A stretch of 64,000 nt of DNA from Isurus oxyrinchus (lineage: Eukaryota): assembly GCA_026770705.1 (NCBI GenBank), contig JANJGN010000150.1, positions 868,001 to 932,000 of the forward strand. Reading direction: 5' to 3'. Within the stretch, counting starts at the first letter, position 1, and the number at the start of each line of letters is the position of its first letter. The position numbers were made by a program, and so were the translations under genes. Below the pieces are notes generated by a model. The model had not been told where the DNA came from, did not search any database, and saw nothing but the letters and a program-made list of their open reading frames with translations. Positions 62,828 to 64,000 of the stretch are shown here, piece by piece.

Positions 62828-63109
62828 GTTCCACAGTGATGGTTATGAACCCCTCCACTGCTCCATGTTCATTCTCTGCCACACACTGATAGTCTCCAGT
62901 GTCCCTGGATGTAACGTGAGGAATCACCAACCACAGCTCATTGTTGGAACTTGTTCTGTTCATTGGGACATTAAGATGTCGCCACGTCAGGTTAGAAGCT
63001 GGGAAGCTCTCGACAGAGCAGATTATCACTGCAGAATTCCCCTCAATTATATTGATCGATGAAGCGTTAATCATATCAAGAGAATTAATTGAGAGATTCA
63101 ATGGTGCAT
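62828..63109 (-). CDS. Tandem C2-set Ig exon
   Basis: 282 nt, near-identical copy (APLNLSIN). The acceptor pyrimidine tract is weakened (tatatagatatag). Confidence 0.85.
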
Positions 63110-63823
63110 CTATATCTATATATAAAGATTTTAACGTGAGCAACATAGTGCACAAGACACCATGCATCATGTCTCTGTATCTGATGTCTGAATGCATTTC
63201 CAGGTAACTTCCCTCAGGATAAGGTCTTATGGCACACTTATAATTGACACTGCCTATGTAAACTGTCACACTGCAATTGCATTCTCCCACCAGTAGAGGT
63301 GTTGCCCATCTAGAATGAAAGAAGTTTGCTTTCACATCCTCAGGATTTCGCAAAGGGCTTGACAGGCAATGAATTGTATTTGATCGATGGAGCACTGAGG
63401 GGTAAATCTACAATTCACTGTTCGGGATTTTGCTCATCCAATTCAGGGTCTTGTTGATCTGGAGTTTACCTTCCTTCAACACAGAATCGGAACGCATACT
63501 AAGGCTCCAGTGCAGCACTGAGAGAGGACAGGGAACTCACGCGTGTGTATGTGTGTGTTTGTGTTACTGCACATGTGAATGCGTTTGTGTGTGTATGCAC
63601 ACATGTATCTGTGTGTGTGCATGCGCATGTGTCTGTGTGTCTACGTCTGTCCATGAGTGAGAGTATGTGCATGTGTGTGTCTATGTGTGGGCATGAATAT
63701 GTGTGTGTTTGAGATGGGTGTGTATTTTCCTGTGTATGTGTTTGTACGTGTATGACTGTGTGTGTATAATTATGCATGTGTGTGCCTACATGTGTCTGTG
63801 TGTGTGTGTGTGTGTTTGTGTGT

Positions 63824-63876
<53 letters not shown>

Positions 63877-63902
63877 TGATGTTGAAGTTTGCAGTAACTC
63901 AC

Positions 63903-64000
63903 ATTCCACAGTGATGGTTATGAACCCCTCCACTGCTCCATGTTCATTCTCTGCCACACACTGATAGTCTCCAGTGTCCCTGGATGTAACGTGAGGAATC
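63903..64000 (-). CDS. Tandem C2-set Ig exon, cut by the window edge
   Basis: IPHVTSRDTGDYQCVAENEHGAVEGFITITVE followed by donor gtgagt. Confidence 0.85.

Noticed and set aside
55611-64000. Assigning the symbols MAG, CD22, SIGLEC1 or SIGLEC15
   Set aside because: The domains are lineage-specific and the N-terminus is outside the window. Orthology needs a phylogeny.

Overview
Vertebrate genomic DNA. The SINE, CR1, L2 and 33-bp minisatellite families look like those of a cartilaginous fish (shark); this is inferred from repeat content only. The window is a repeat-rich, rapidly rearranging Siglec (CD22/MAG/CD33-type) receptor cluster whose genes are spliced, so the ORF track is mostly noise. 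(1) Minus strand, 55.6-64 kb: the 3' part of an inhibitory Siglec-like gene with at least five near-identical tandem C2-set exons plus a truncated sixth, an uncharged TM exon and a tail with ITIM and ITSM motifs. (2) Plus strand, 29.2-35.6 kb: two intact V-set exons with the sialic-acid-binding Arg (YYFR/YFFR), a Siglec domain-2 C2 exon, and a TM exon with an intramembrane Arg and a short Tyr-free tail. This is a candidate activating partner, and together with (1) it suggests a paired-receptor system. (3) A recent inverted duplication (about 1-19.6 kb versus 38.7-48.8 kb). Each arm carries a V-set exon cut off by a Gypsy gag-pro remnant and two exons plus a promoter of a hepcidin-like secreted prepropeptide gene; no mature-peptide exon was found. 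(4) Orphan plus-strand copies of the inhibitory tail with a broken ITIM. Several rearrangement breakpoints map to SINE-derived 33-bp arrays or to a solo LTR.
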